Source: Promethearchaeota archaeon Loki_b32 (GTDB lineage Archaea > Asgardarchaeota > Lokiarchaeia > Sigyniarchaeales > SOKP01). Taken from it: a stretch of 64,000 bases of DNA. The stretch is taken from contig NJBH01000013.1 in the NCBI GenBank assembly GCA_005223125.1, positions 32,239 to 96,238 of the forward strand, in the 5' to 3' direction. Position numbers and translations under genes: made by a program. Positions 46,204 through 55,662 of this stretch are shown piece after piece. The notes under the pieces were generated by a model that had not been told where the DNA came from, ran no database searches, and saw only the letters and a list, made by a program, of their open reading frames with translations. The stretch's first letter is position 1, and each line of letters opens with the position of its first letter.

Positions 46204-46807
46204 CTAAATCGCCATTCTCTCCTTTATTTAGAATCTGGAATTTCTTTACGCTATAATAGATGGGTTTAGAAAGTCTATCTACTGTAGCGACGATTAAATC
46301 CTTTCGAGAACTCATAGCAACTCTCGACATTTTATCCAAGTCTCTTAATTCAATAGGATTCCCTTCGAATACTGGAAATATTAAAAATTTTGCAGAATCT
46401 TTTTCAAAGTCAGCCCCTCTTTTATAAACACGAAAATCAAGTCCATCTCCATAACCTGTACGAACGATATATCCTCTTTTTCTTAAATCCATATAAATTA
46501 TGTACTTTTGCCAAAGTTTTTCATCATATTGAGTGAAATATGTCAATAGACCCTCAAAATCATATAAATTCTCATTTTTATCATTATCTTCCCAAACCAA
46601 TATCCTATTCCTTTCACATAACAATAAAACTTCAACGGCATCAATAATTAAGATTTCTTGTCCGTTAGTATTTTTCTCTATTGAACCTATAAAAGAAGTT
46701 GCATAAAATTCTTCGAACCCTTTTTTATCTGTAATAATAACTTTATCCTTTTCAATTGATCCTTCTACTTGAATTTTCTCAGGTTTCTCAGGTAAATCTT
46801 CCGTCAT
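46190..46807 (-). CDS. endA: tRNA-splicing endonuclease
   Basis: The catalytic-domain pattern YIIYMDLRKRGYIVRTGYGDGLDFRVYKRG...FLIFPV is typical of archaeal EndA. Confidence 0.85.
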   Translation of the reverse strand: MTEDLPEKPEKIQVEGSIEKDKVIITDKKGFEEFYATSFIGSIEKNTNGQEILIIDAVEVLLLCERNRILVWEDNDKNENLYDFEGLLTYFTQYDEKLWQKYIIYMDLRKRGYIVRTGYGDGLDFRVYKRGADFEKDSAKFLIFPVFEGNPIELRDLDKMSRVAMSSRKDLIVATVDRLSKPIYYSVKKFQILNKGENGDLDDIR

Positions 46808-46945
46808 GTAATATTAAATAGGAATTAATTATAATTAATGAATTTATCCATGGTCTATTCTCTAACCGATAATTTAAAATGTTAAAAATAGTAAAATAAA
46901 AGACAAGGGTTCAAATATGTTTTCTTGTAAGGAACTATTTTATAA

Positions 46946-48478
46946 CTAATCTTTTATAAGTGGAAGTGTAAAATAAAAAGTGCTTCCTTTATCCTTACCC
47001 TCAGATTCCATCCAAATTTTCCCACCATGGGATTCTACTATTCTTTTTGAAATGTATAAACCCAAACCTGTTCCATCGATTCCTAAATCAAATCCTTGTC
47101 CATAACGTTCAATCTTTCCAAATTGCTTAAAGATTTTTCCTTTTTCTTCTTCTGTGAAACCTATTCCATTATCTTTTATCGATACTATTACAAAATCATC
47201 TGTTAAATCTGTCTTTATATCTATCCATCCACGTGGAGGTGTGTATTTTATGGCATTTATCAATAAATTTGAAATTACATCATGAATTTCTTCTTTTTCA
47301 AACCGAGTTATTATCGAGTCGTGAATTTCTATATTAAATGAGTGTTCCCTTTTTGCGGCTAAAGGATGTAATTCATCTATGCAGTAATTAATTAAAAATG
47401 ACAAATCTTCTTTTTCGATTTTTGGCTTTAAATCTGGTGATTCCAATTTAGATGTGTGTAAAAGGTTATTAATTATGTTTTGTAATCGTTCACACCCCTT
47501 ATCAATTTCTTCTAATTTAGAAAGTATATCTGGATTTAATTCTTCTGAGTACATTGTCAAAATAAGATCTGCAAATCCCTTAATCGAAATTAACGGAGTT
47601 TTTAACTCATGAGAAGCTCTTCTTAAAAATTCGGTTTTCATTCTATTAACTTCTTTTAATTTTTGTTCCATTTGCTTAGTCTCTGTACTATCCCGTACAA
47701 TTGCCCAAATTCTGTGTGGATCACTCTGTTCATCTTGTAAAATCCAAAATCTGATACTTACTGGTAAGATCTTACCATTTTTATGAATATATTCTTTTTC
47801 ATAGACTTTACTTTCACCCGCAGATAAGTGAGTAAATAACATATTATCTTCAATTTCATGCCATTTTTTTGGAGTTACCTCACGATTATGCATTTTTAAA
47901 AGATTTTCTCTTGAATATCCAAGCATCTTAATAAAAGCTTCATTAACTTCAATAAAATGGCCTTCCATATCAGTAGAATAAATCCCATCTGTACTTGATT
48001 CAAATAGAGTCCTATATTTGTTTTCAGATTTTTGTATTTTTTGTAAAGCGTTCTTTCTCTCTGTTATATCTCTTGAGACAAAAATTGCACCTGTTATCTG
48101 ACTATTCTCCTTTAGAAACTTTCCCTTAGTTTCTACCCAAATATAATGTCCATTTTTATGCTTAATTCTATATTCGTCCAATATTTCGCCTTTAATTAAA
48201 CTTATTTTTAAAGTCTTTGAGCTTCGTATGACATCATCTGGATGAGTAAAATCCCTCACTAGTTTTCCAAGAATATCATCCTTTGAATATCCTAAAATAT
48301 TTAAATATGCGCTCTCATTGATATATTCATGTTCAAAATCTTTATTTAAAATTGCTATCAAATCATTTGAGTTATCCAAAATTAATTTAAATTTTTTTTC
48401 AGGAATAGGTTGTTCTTCGTCTTTAATGGTCAATTGTATCAGCGTTCTTCTTTCTATTAAAGATATTAGAACTAACAA
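46946..48478 (-). CDS. Sensor histidine kinase with two PAS domains
   Basis: Two PAS/PAC segments, the H-box RASHELKTPL, the N-box LLINAIKYT, and G-boxes DNGIGF and GTGLGLYISKRIVESHGGKIW. No response regulator gene is adjacent. Confidence 0.9.
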   Translation of the reverse strand: MLVLISLIERRTLIQLTIKDEEQPIPEKKFKLILDNSNDLIAILNKDFEHEYINESAYLNILGYSKDDILGKLVRDFTHPDDVIRSSKTLKISLIKGEILDEYRIKHKNGHYIWVETKGKFLKENSQITGAIFVSRDITERKNALQKIQKSENKYRTLFESSTDGIYSTDMEGHFIEVNEAFIKMLGYSRENLLKMHNREVTPKKWHEIEDNMLFTHLSAGESKVYEKEYIHKNGKILPVSIRFWILQDEQSDPHRIWAIVRDSTETKQMEQKLKEVNRMKTEFLRRASHELKTPLISIKGFADLILTMYSEELNPDILSKLEEIDKGCERLQNIINNLLHTSKLESPDLKPKIEKEDLSFLINYCIDELHPLAAKREHSFNIEIHDSIITRFEKEEIHDVISNLLINAIKYTPPRGWIDIKTDLTDDFVIVSIKDNGIGFTEEEKGKIFKQFGKIERYGQGFDLGIDGTGLGLYISKRIVESHGGKIWMESEGKDKGSTFYFTLPLIKD

Positions 48479-48542
48479 GAAATTAAAGTTCTTTATATCT
48501 ATATAATGATTATAATATGAAAATTTTTCTTTTTTAAAGTTA

Positions 48543-49181
48543 ATGACTTTAGATTTTAATTCATCTGGAAGATTATCTAATTATTATAAGATATCAAAAA
48601 TATATGGAATTATGAATGAGATGTTAGAAAAACTGTTAAAAATTCTAAACGATGCTCTAAAAATCGTGTTTGTGGGAATTGGTGAAGAGAAACTCGCAGA
48701 TGAGGGTGTTGGACCTTATGTAATAAGTGAACTCTTACACTTCTCTAATGAAAAATTTTTATTTATTAATGCTGGTATTGATCCTATGAGTAGAATAGAC
48801 GAAGTTGTTAATTTTCAAGCATCTCATCTCATATTGATTGACACTTGCACTTTAAATAAACCTCCAGGCACAGTTGCGATAATTACACGCGAGAATATTA
48901 AAGATTCTGTTGCCATATCTACGCATACAATCCCAATTCAAGTAATAGTTGATTTATTAATAAATAAATTGCCCAATTTAAAGGTTTTTATGATTGGAAT
49001 TGTACCAAAGAGTCTTGTTGGATTTACAGAGTTAAATTTATACAAAGAAGATGAATATTCACTTGAGGAAAGAAGTGAAAATGAAGATCTTCCTTTTTTT
49101 GAGTTTAATCTCACTCCCACTATTCAAAAAGTGGCTGACCAGATTATTGATATCATCAAAGAAATTATACAGAAAATCTAA
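48543..49181 (+). CDS. Hydrogenase maturation endopeptidase-like protein (HycI/FrhD family) with C-terminal extension
   Basis: IVFVGIGEEKLADEGVGPYV corresponds to GxGNxxxxDDGxG, and LILIDT and STHTIP match the Asp and His ligand positions. The real start is probably an internal Met (MNEMLEK). Confidence 0.65.
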   Translation: MTLDFNSSGRLSNYYKISKIYGIMNEMLEKLLKILNDALKIVFVGIGEEKLADEGVGPYVISELLHFSNEKFLFINAGIDPMSRIDEVVNFQASHLILIDTCTLNKPPGTVAIITRENIKDSVAISTHTIPIQVIVDLLINKLPNLKVFMIGIVPKSLVGFTELNLYKEDEYSLEERSENEDLPFFEFNLTPTIQKVADQIIDIIKEIIQKI

Positions 49182-49185
49182 CTTA

Positions 49186-49374
49186 TTATTCTTTTTTCTC
49201 TGAGATTTTTGAAATATATTCAACAATAATTTCAATAGTTCTAGAGAAATTTGCTTGTTCTTCAGTATTTAACTCTTCTTTAAGGCTTTCTAAAAACGTA
49301 ATAACCTTGTCAGCTTCCCTCAGTTTTCTAATATAATCGGAACCTTCTTTATTAAGTGAACCTCCCCAAACCAT
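49186..49374 (-). CDS. Small helical protein, hypothetical
   Basis: 62 aa. GGTGT plus AAAAA precedes the ATG (SD-like). The composition is coding-like. Confidence 0.45.
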   Translation of the reverse strand: MVWGGSLNKEGSDYIRKLREADKVITFLESLKEELNTEEQANFSRTIEIIVEYISKISEKKE

Positions 49375-49721
49375 TTTTTACACCATATTACCTCAGAAAA
49401 TTGAATATATGTGAAAAATAAACATCACTTATTTAAAAAATTCTTGAGAATCTTTAATTTTATCTTTTCACACACTAAATTTTACTTTAAATAAATAGAT
49501 TCAAAATGAAACTTTTAGAAGAAATTTACTGAAAACTGAAATCACCTTATTTAAAAGAAGTAAATTTTATTTTTTTAATAACTATGCTTCAATTCTAGAA
49601 ATTAATAAAAAGCTTGAAAAGATTTTTAAATAAACCTTTAATAAAAATAACTAATTATTTAATCTTATAATAAAAGGTTTTATCTAATCTGAATATTCAA
49701 ATTAAAAGAATGTGAATTAGA

Positions 49722-50774
49722 ATGGTAATCGAAACGAATATTACAAAAATGTTAGGTATTAAACATCCGATACTAAGCGCTCCAATGGGTCCATTTTATA
49801 CTACTAAATTAACTGTGGCAGTTTCAGAAGCAGGGGGATTAGGGGTCTTGAGTCATGTTACCTTACATGGAACTATATCTTTAGATGAAATGAAAAAAAG
49901 TATGGAATATGTTATTGAACATACAGATAAACCTTTTGGATTTAACATTAGAACAGCTAGACTACAACCAGATGCGATAAAACTTTGTAGACAACTTCCG
50001 AGATTTATTATGGAAAATCCAAAAATAAGAGAACAATGTGTTTATTTAATTACTAGTGCTGGCTCTCCAAGACTGATTTATAATAAACATTTTGAAAAAT
50101 TGAAAGAAAGTGGTTCAAATATTAAGCACTTCCACGTTGCCCCCTCCCTACATCTTGCCGAAAAATTGGTGCATAGTGAGATCGATGGGTTAGTTATTAC
50201 TGGAATTGAAGGTGGAGGTCATCAAAGTTATGAAAAAATTAGTACCTTAGTCTTATTACAACAAGTTAAACGAAAACATCCAGATATTCCAGTAATAGCG
50301 TGTGGAGGGTATGCTACTGGGGAAGGCTTAGCGTCTGCTTTATCTATGGGTGCAGGGGCTATCGCAATAGGATCCAGATTTATTGCATCAAGAGAATGTG
50401 AATTCCACGAAAATTATAAAAATGTCGTCATTAATTCAAGTGCTACTGATACAGAGCTAAAAACTGGGATTTTTGGTCCTGCGAGGGTATGGAAGAATAA
50501 AATGACTGAAAATCAACAACTTGTCACAAGTAAAGAGGAAAAGAAAGCTGGAGAAACTTCAGCATCAAAAGTAGAAAAAGAATTAGCAAAGTTGGAAATG
50601 ACATATGAAGGAAATGTGGAAGATGGTACCGTGTATTTAGGACAAAGCACTGGACTTGTAGACAGGTTAGAAAGTGTATCAGAAATAATAAATAGGATAG
50701 TCAATGATGCCGAACATTGTTTAAAAGCAGCATATAACACAATAAAGAAAATTCCTATTGAGCAAATAATCTAA
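49722..50774 (+). CDS. Nitronate monooxygenase / enoyl-ACP reductase II (FabK)-like FMN oxidoreductase
   Basis: Contains MLGIKHPILSAPMG, EAGGLGVLS, GIEGGGHQS, and ACGGYATGEGLASALSMGAGAIAIGSRF. Confidence 0.9.
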   Translation: MVIETNITKMLGIKHPILSAPMGPFYTTKLTVAVSEAGGLGVLSHVTLHGTISLDEMKKSMEYVIEHTDKPFGFNIRTARLQPDAIKLCRQLPRFIMENPKIREQCVYLITSAGSPRLIYNKHFEKLKESGSNIKHFHVAPSLHLAEKLVHSEIDGLVITGIEGGGHQSYEKISTLVLLQQVKRKHPDIPVIACGGYATGEGLASALSMGAGAIAIGSRFIASRECEFHENYKNVVINSSATDTELKTGIFGPARVWKNKMTENQQLVTSKEEKKAGETSASKVEKELAKLEMTYEGNVEDGTVYLGQSTGLVDRLESVSEIINRIVNDAEHCLKAAYNTIKKIPIEQII

Positions 50775-50985
50775 AATTCATTTTTATTATACTATATCTT
50801 TTTCTTAAGTTACACAATTAATTTATTTGAATTTCTATTTGTTTTATTACAATATGAAATAAAAGCGGTATTTGATTCTGTACAAAATGAACAATATAAA
50901 TTAAAATAATCCTCTTCTACCGATATTACTCTTAAATTAGTTATTTTGAATTTAATAAATTCTAAGATAAAAGTTTAAAAATAAA

Positions 50986-51507
50986 TTGACCCATAAGTTA
51001 TTTGATAAAAGTTCTCCAATAATTGAATTTAATAAGAATATATCGAATAATCAAGAAATATTTGAAATTTTAAAAGTTAAAATGATTCAAGAATTAATGA
51101 TTATAAATCAAGCAGGAATCGCTTTATTGTACCACAATTTCCTTCATAAGGAAAGAGTCGACGATGAACAATCCTTAGCAAGTTATTTTGATATAATTTG
51201 TAGATTTACCAAACACAGTTTCAAAGAGAGTTTAAAAACATTAGAGCTTGATAGTTTTATCTTTTTCTTTTACACACACAAATCTCTTTTTCATTTAGTT
51301 CTTAAATGTGAAAATGAAAAATATAATAAAGACGTATTAGAATCTATTTCCGAAAAAATAATTAAAAAATTCTTATTAAAATATAAAAAAGAACTTAAGG
51401 ATTTTAATGGAGAAACTTCCCTTTTTATATCATTCTCAGAAGATATTATAGAAATTTTAGCCTCAGAATTCGATGAGTTTAAGAAATTTTTAACTATGGA
51501 ACAATAG
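50986..51507 (+). CDS. Candidate longin/SNARE-like-fold protein
   Basis: LMIINQAGIALLYHNF...EQSLASYFDIICRFTKHSFKESLKTLELDSFIFFFYTHKSLFHLVLKCE follows a longin/sigma-adaptin-like pattern and resembles ORF 16488. The TAG stop is followed by 56 further open in-frame codons. Confidence 0.5.
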   Translation: MTHKLFDKSSPIIEFNKNISNNQEIFEILKVKMIQELMIINQAGIALLYHNFLHKERVDDEQSLASYFDIICRFTKHSFKESLKTLELDSFIFFFYTHKSLFHLVLKCENEKYNKDVLESISEKIIKKFLLKYKKELKDFNGETSLFISFSEDIIEILASEFDEFKKFLTMEQ

Positions 51508-51780
51508 TTAACTAGTGAAAAAAGTTCAGTAATTTCGCTTTCGAAAACAAATCAATGGAGTATTAAAAATGAAATAAAAAAATTTATTGAAAATAAAAAA
51601 TCAGCTTTAATGAAACTTATAAAGAAGGCGGAAATTGTTAAAATAAATTTGAAAAAATTTCTTGATTTCTTGAAATAAAAGATAATACAGGATGATAATA
51701 GGAAAAGGATTTATAATAAAGCATAATTTTGCACTAAACTCATGTAGAAAATGATGATTTGAGATATAAAGATATTTATT

Positions 51781-52427
51781 TCATACATCAACTACATTAT
51801 AATTTTTATTTCTATTGTAGAAAACACTAATTGAATTGAAGAGCTCACCCATATTTTTTTGCTCTCGTTCACATAATTGTCCTTCCTTTGGTGCTTGCCA
51901 ATTTATTAAATATTTTCTCCAATCAGAATCATTTAAGATTTTGGAATGAATTCCAAAAAATATAAGAATTTCTTTATCATTTACATAACCACTCTCGTTT
52001 TCGATAACAAAATGAGGGACTTCATGTAAATATGTCCTTCCAGCAATCATGTAAGAAAGTAAAGAATGGTGTCCATCAAATAAAATCCATTCCGATTGCT
52101 TTGTCTTTACTAATTTAATATGTGGTAATCCCCGTGGAGATAGGATATCTTTTCCAGATTTTATTTGTTTAACCATTGTTCTTATCTGGTTAATACTTTT
52201 AATGCCATTAATATTGTGGAGGTTTATAATTTCTCTCAATAAAACTAGTTTTTTACTTCTTTGATTATTTCTTTTATTTTTGAACCTAATTCTTTTTCAA
52301 ACTGCTCTACAGTATCATAAATGGTAACGTTTTTATTTCTTAAATGAACTTTTAATGATGAAATGCGCGTTAAATTTCCATCTTTAGATTTATACGGATA
52401 TATTATTTTCACGAATCTATAATTCAT
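51781..52427 (-). pseudogene. ParB/Srx-like (DGHH motif) protein gene, full length but split by a 1-nt deletion
   Basis: ORFs 52245..52427 (60 aa) and 51781..52239 (152 aa) are co-linear with the single ORF 62962..63429. Copy 1 reads AGTTTTTTAC where copy 2 reads AGTTTTTTAAC (near 52255). The motif WILFDGHHSLLSYMIAG resembles the ParB-N/sulfiredoxin DGHHR box. Confidence 0.7.
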
Positions 52428-52628
52428 CTGTATTAAAAATATTTAACCTAATTTATAAAGCTTTTATGAGTGTTTTAACCAAATATTACATCTTTCATTA
52501 ATAATTGATAAAAAGTTATTTATACAATTCAATTTTGCTAGCCATTCTTTAATAAATTATTAAGAAACACCCTTTCCCTAAAAATCACGAATTTTGGATA
52601 ATAAAGGAATAATAACGGAATATCCATG
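51976..52628 (-). repeat. 653-bp direct repeat, left copy (partner 62971-63624)
   Basis: Hand alignment shows the copies are co-linear, with scattered substitutions and one 1-nt indel. The repeat covers the 5' two-thirds of the ParB-like gene plus ~200 bp of upstream non-coding DNA. Confidence 0.9.
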
Positions 52629-53142
52629 CTTTTTCAATAATTGAAATATCCAAGCCGATTTTCTTAAAATTACTAAGAGCCTTCATAGCTATAGATCCAC
52701 CTCCTATTACCACTACACGTTTAGCATTAAAAACTTGTTTTACAACTTTTTTAGCATCATCAAGTCGATATAAAGTATTTACACCTTCAAGATCTACACC
52801 TTTCCATGGAAGCATTATCGGACTTCCTCCAGAGGCTATCAAAAGATAATCATAGTTTAAGATTAAACCGTTCCTCAATAAGATTTGTTGTTTTTCATGA
52901 GTAACTTTTAACACATGATCATAAATGAATTTTATTTTATTATCATCATAGATCTTTTTACTTTTTAGAAAGAGATCATCTTCCGAACAACTAGCGGATA
53001 TTAGGTTGATAATTTTACTTCTTTTATAGAATTGGTAATCTTCATTTGAAATAATTGAAATATCTCCTGTAGAATCCAACTTCCTAATTTCCAAAGCCGC
53101 GGTAGTCCCTGCTGGACCTCCTCCAATAATTATATATCGAAT
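52585..53142 (-). pseudogene. FAD-dependent pyridine nucleotide-disulfide oxidoreductase (NADH oxidase/CoADR-like), truncated at the repeat junction; probable ATT start
   Basis: The upstream extension of ORF 52585..53094 encodes (I)RYIIIGGGPAGTTAALEIRKL, the FAD GxGxxG motif. A second Rossmann motif, RVVVIGGGSIAMKA, follows. The reading frame then runs into repeat DNA at 52628/52629 and stops after 14 unrelated codons, so about 60% of a normal protein is missing. Confidence 0.7.
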
Positions 53143-53363
53143 TATTTTATCACATACTCACTTTAAAATTTGAATCTAATTTAGATTCTTAACGAGATTA
53201 CTAACCCGTTTTCAGAATAAAAATCTAGGTGTTTAGAAATATTAAAGTCTGTTAGATTTCAATTTCATAGTAAATTCAATTTAAAGAAAATAAGTATAAA
53301 TTATAATTTGTATTGAAACCCGCAATTATAATCAAAAGAGAAATGTATCATTCACAAAAGATA

Positions 53364-53519
53364 TTAACAACAACGCCGGCGTGAAACTTTAGCAGGATTA
53401 TCTTGTCTTATCGGTTCTTTGCGGATATTTTCTTTCAAATTTAATTCAAAACCACATAATTCATAAAAATTTTTATTATTTATTTCCTCGATTTTTACAC
53501 CCCAATTCGGACACTCCAT
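53364..53519 (-). CDS. Small ORF (51 aa) with strong SD, ends in RRRCC
   Basis: My own translation gives MECPNWGVKIEEINNKNFYELCGFELNLKENIRKEPIRQDNPAKVSRRRCC. GTGAGGT plus 6 nt precedes the ATG. Confidence 0.45.
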   Translation of the reverse strand: MECPNWGVKIEEINNKNFYELCGFELNLKENIRKEPIRQDNPAKVSRRRCC

Positions 53520-53682
53520 TTGACAACCTCACTTTACTGCTTATTCCTTTGTTTAGATAAACCTCTAATTATATTGTTTTTATAAAATAAATTTTGGATT
53601 AATAAATTATATATGATATCTTATAAGCGGATCAATATCAAGGTTTTTACAAAACTAATTGAGATATCCAATTTTTTATTTC

Positions 53683-54693
53683 TTAGCAGATTTTTTCATA
53701 TATATGAATATAATCTTTTACCATTCTTTTGACATTGAATTTTTCTTCAACCCATTTGCGACAATCAAACCTATTTATGATTTTTATATTTTTTAATGCT
53801 TTAACAGCTTCTTCAATTGAATTAATTAAAAATCCAGTTTTACCATCTACTATTACTTCAGGCATACTTCCTCTATTAAAAGCTACAACTGGAGTACCAC
53901 AAGCCATTGCCTCAACAACAGATAATCCAAATGGTTCATTAAAATTAATAGGATGAATTAAAGCATAAGCTTCTCCTAATAACTTATTTCTTCGTTCAGG
54001 ACTTACACTTCCAATATATTGAACTTTGTCATTATTTAAATAGGGTTTTATTTTTTGATTAAAATAATTTTTATCTTGAATAATCCCTGCCATTATTAAT
54101 TTCATACCAAATCTAAGTGATATTTCAATGGCTTCTTTAGCTCCTTTATCATGATGAATCCGTCCAAAAAATAATAAATAATTACCTATTCCAGCCCTAT
54201 AAGTAAATTGATTTAAATCAATTCCATGATGAACCGTAGCAATATAATCAAGTTCAGGGCTACGATCTGAATCACTTATTGATACATAATAACATTTCTT
54301 GTTATACTTTTTATATACAGGTAATATTTTTGGAGAAGAAAATCCATGAATTGTAGTGATTATTGGGGTTTTTGTCATTTTCATATAAGTTAATGGAAGA
54401 AAATCAAAATGATTATGGATAATGTCAAAATTATCTCCTGTTTCAAACAATTCAGCAATATGAATACACTCCCATACTTTTGGTAATAATTCTTTATCTT
54501 CTTCATAACCCCGAGGACATACTCCAATAAGATTTCCTTTAGTTTGAGAATCTTTCGTAGCAAATAAAGTTACTTCAACCCCTTCTTCAACAAGTCCTTC
54601 AGTCAATAATGAAACTAAATATTCCCAAGGACCATAATGCCGAGGTGGTGTCCGCCAGGCAATCGGAGAGAGCATTGCTACATGCATATTCAC
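53683..54693 (-). CDS. GT4-family (GT-B) glycosyltransferase
   Basis: N-terminal VAMLSPIAWRTPPRHYGPWE and C-terminal FNEPFGLSVVEAMACGTPVVAFNRGSMPEVI (the E-x7-E region). It overlaps the upstream GH130 gene by 4 nt. Confidence 0.9.
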   Translation of the reverse strand: MNMHVAMLSPIAWRTPPRHYGPWEYLVSLLTEGLVEEGVEVTLFATKDSQTKGNLIGVCPRGYEEDKELLPKVWECIHIAELFETGDNFDIIHNHFDFLPLTYMKMTKTPIITTIHGFSSPKILPVYKKYNKKCYYVSISDSDRSPELDYIATVHHGIDLNQFTYRAGIGNYLLFFGRIHHDKGAKEAIEISLRFGMKLIMAGIIQDKNYFNQKIKPYLNNDKVQYIGSVSPERRNKLLGEAYALIHPINFNEPFGLSVVEAMACGTPVVAFNRGSMPEVIVDGKTGFLINSIEEAVKALKNIKIINRFDCRKWVEEKFNVKRMVKDYIHIYEKIC

Positions 54694-55646
54694 ACTTTTA
54701 TTTGACTATTATGTTCTTTTAACCATTTAAGTAGTTCAGAAATATTAGCAGTAGCTAATGCAATACAACTATCACCACCTCCATAATAAAGTAAAATCTT
54801 TTCCTTATCTTGTATCCAGCCACAAGGGAAAACAACCTTATCAACATCACCAAAAATTTCATACTTTTCTTTAGGTTTAAATACCCATTCATTAGATCTA
54901 GCTAAGATAATCCTTGGATCTTTTAAATCTAAGAGAGCCAAACCAAGTCTATATATAGCACCACTTACAGTTGTTTTAACACCATGATAAAGGATCAACC
55001 ATCCATCTTTAGTCTTCAAAGGAGGAGGTGATAAACCAATCTTATTTGCATCCCACCAACTCCCTTCTCTGGAGTGAATAAGAATTTGGTGTTCTCCCCA
55101 ATGTTTTAGATCTGGAGAAAAGGAGAGCCAAATATGAGTACCAACACCCGGTCTATTACATACTGGTCGATTTATCATTATCCATCGCCCATTAAATTTA
55201 ACTGGAAATAAAGCAGCATCTTTATTCTCAGGTGGCATAATTGGACCTAAACGTTTAAATTTTTTAAAATCTTTACTAATTAATAAAGATACTAAGGGTC
55301 CTGCTCTGGAGTAAGCTGTATATGTAATTGCCCAAATTTTTTCTTCTTCTAGAAATGTAATTCTAGGATCTTCAATACCCCATATTTCTTCAGGATAGCG
55401 GTCAGGTTTTGGTATCAAAGAAGGTTGAGGATCTATTTGCCAATCACTCATCCCATCCTTGCTCTGTGCCAATGTCAAATGAGAAATTCCTCTTCTATCC
55501 TCAATTCTCATTAAAAGAATATATTTATTATCAATTTTAACAGCTCCAGCATTAAACACTGTATTTGCCGAATAGGGTAAATTCTCGACTGTAATAATAG
55601 GATTTTGGGGATAACGAATAAAAAGTTCTTTATTTGGATCATTCAC
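54690..55646 (-). CDS. GH130-family glycoside phosphorylase/hydrolase (beta-mannoside phosphorylase-like)
   Basis: Contains NPIITVENLPYSANTVFNAGAV, WGIEDPRITF, TYTAYS, LFP, LYHGV and YGGGDS, the five-bladed propeller GH130 pattern. GTG start. Confidence 0.9.
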   Translation of the reverse strand: MNDPNKELFIRYPQNPIITVENLPYSANTVFNAGAVKIDNKYILLMRIEDRRGISHLTLAQSKDGMSDWQIDPQPSLIPKPDRYPEEIWGIEDPRITFLEEEKIWAITYTAYSRAGPLVSLLISKDFKKFKRLGPIMPPENKDAALFPVKFNGRWIMINRPVCNRPGVGTHIWLSFSPDLKHWGEHQILIHSREGSWWDANKIGLSPPPLKTKDGWLILYHGVKTTVSGAIYRLGLALLDLKDPRIILARSNEWVFKPKEKYEIFGDVDKVVFPCGWIQDKEKILLYYGGGDSCIALATANISELLKWLKEHNSQIKV

Positions 55647-55662
55647 TATATAACAAACTTTT

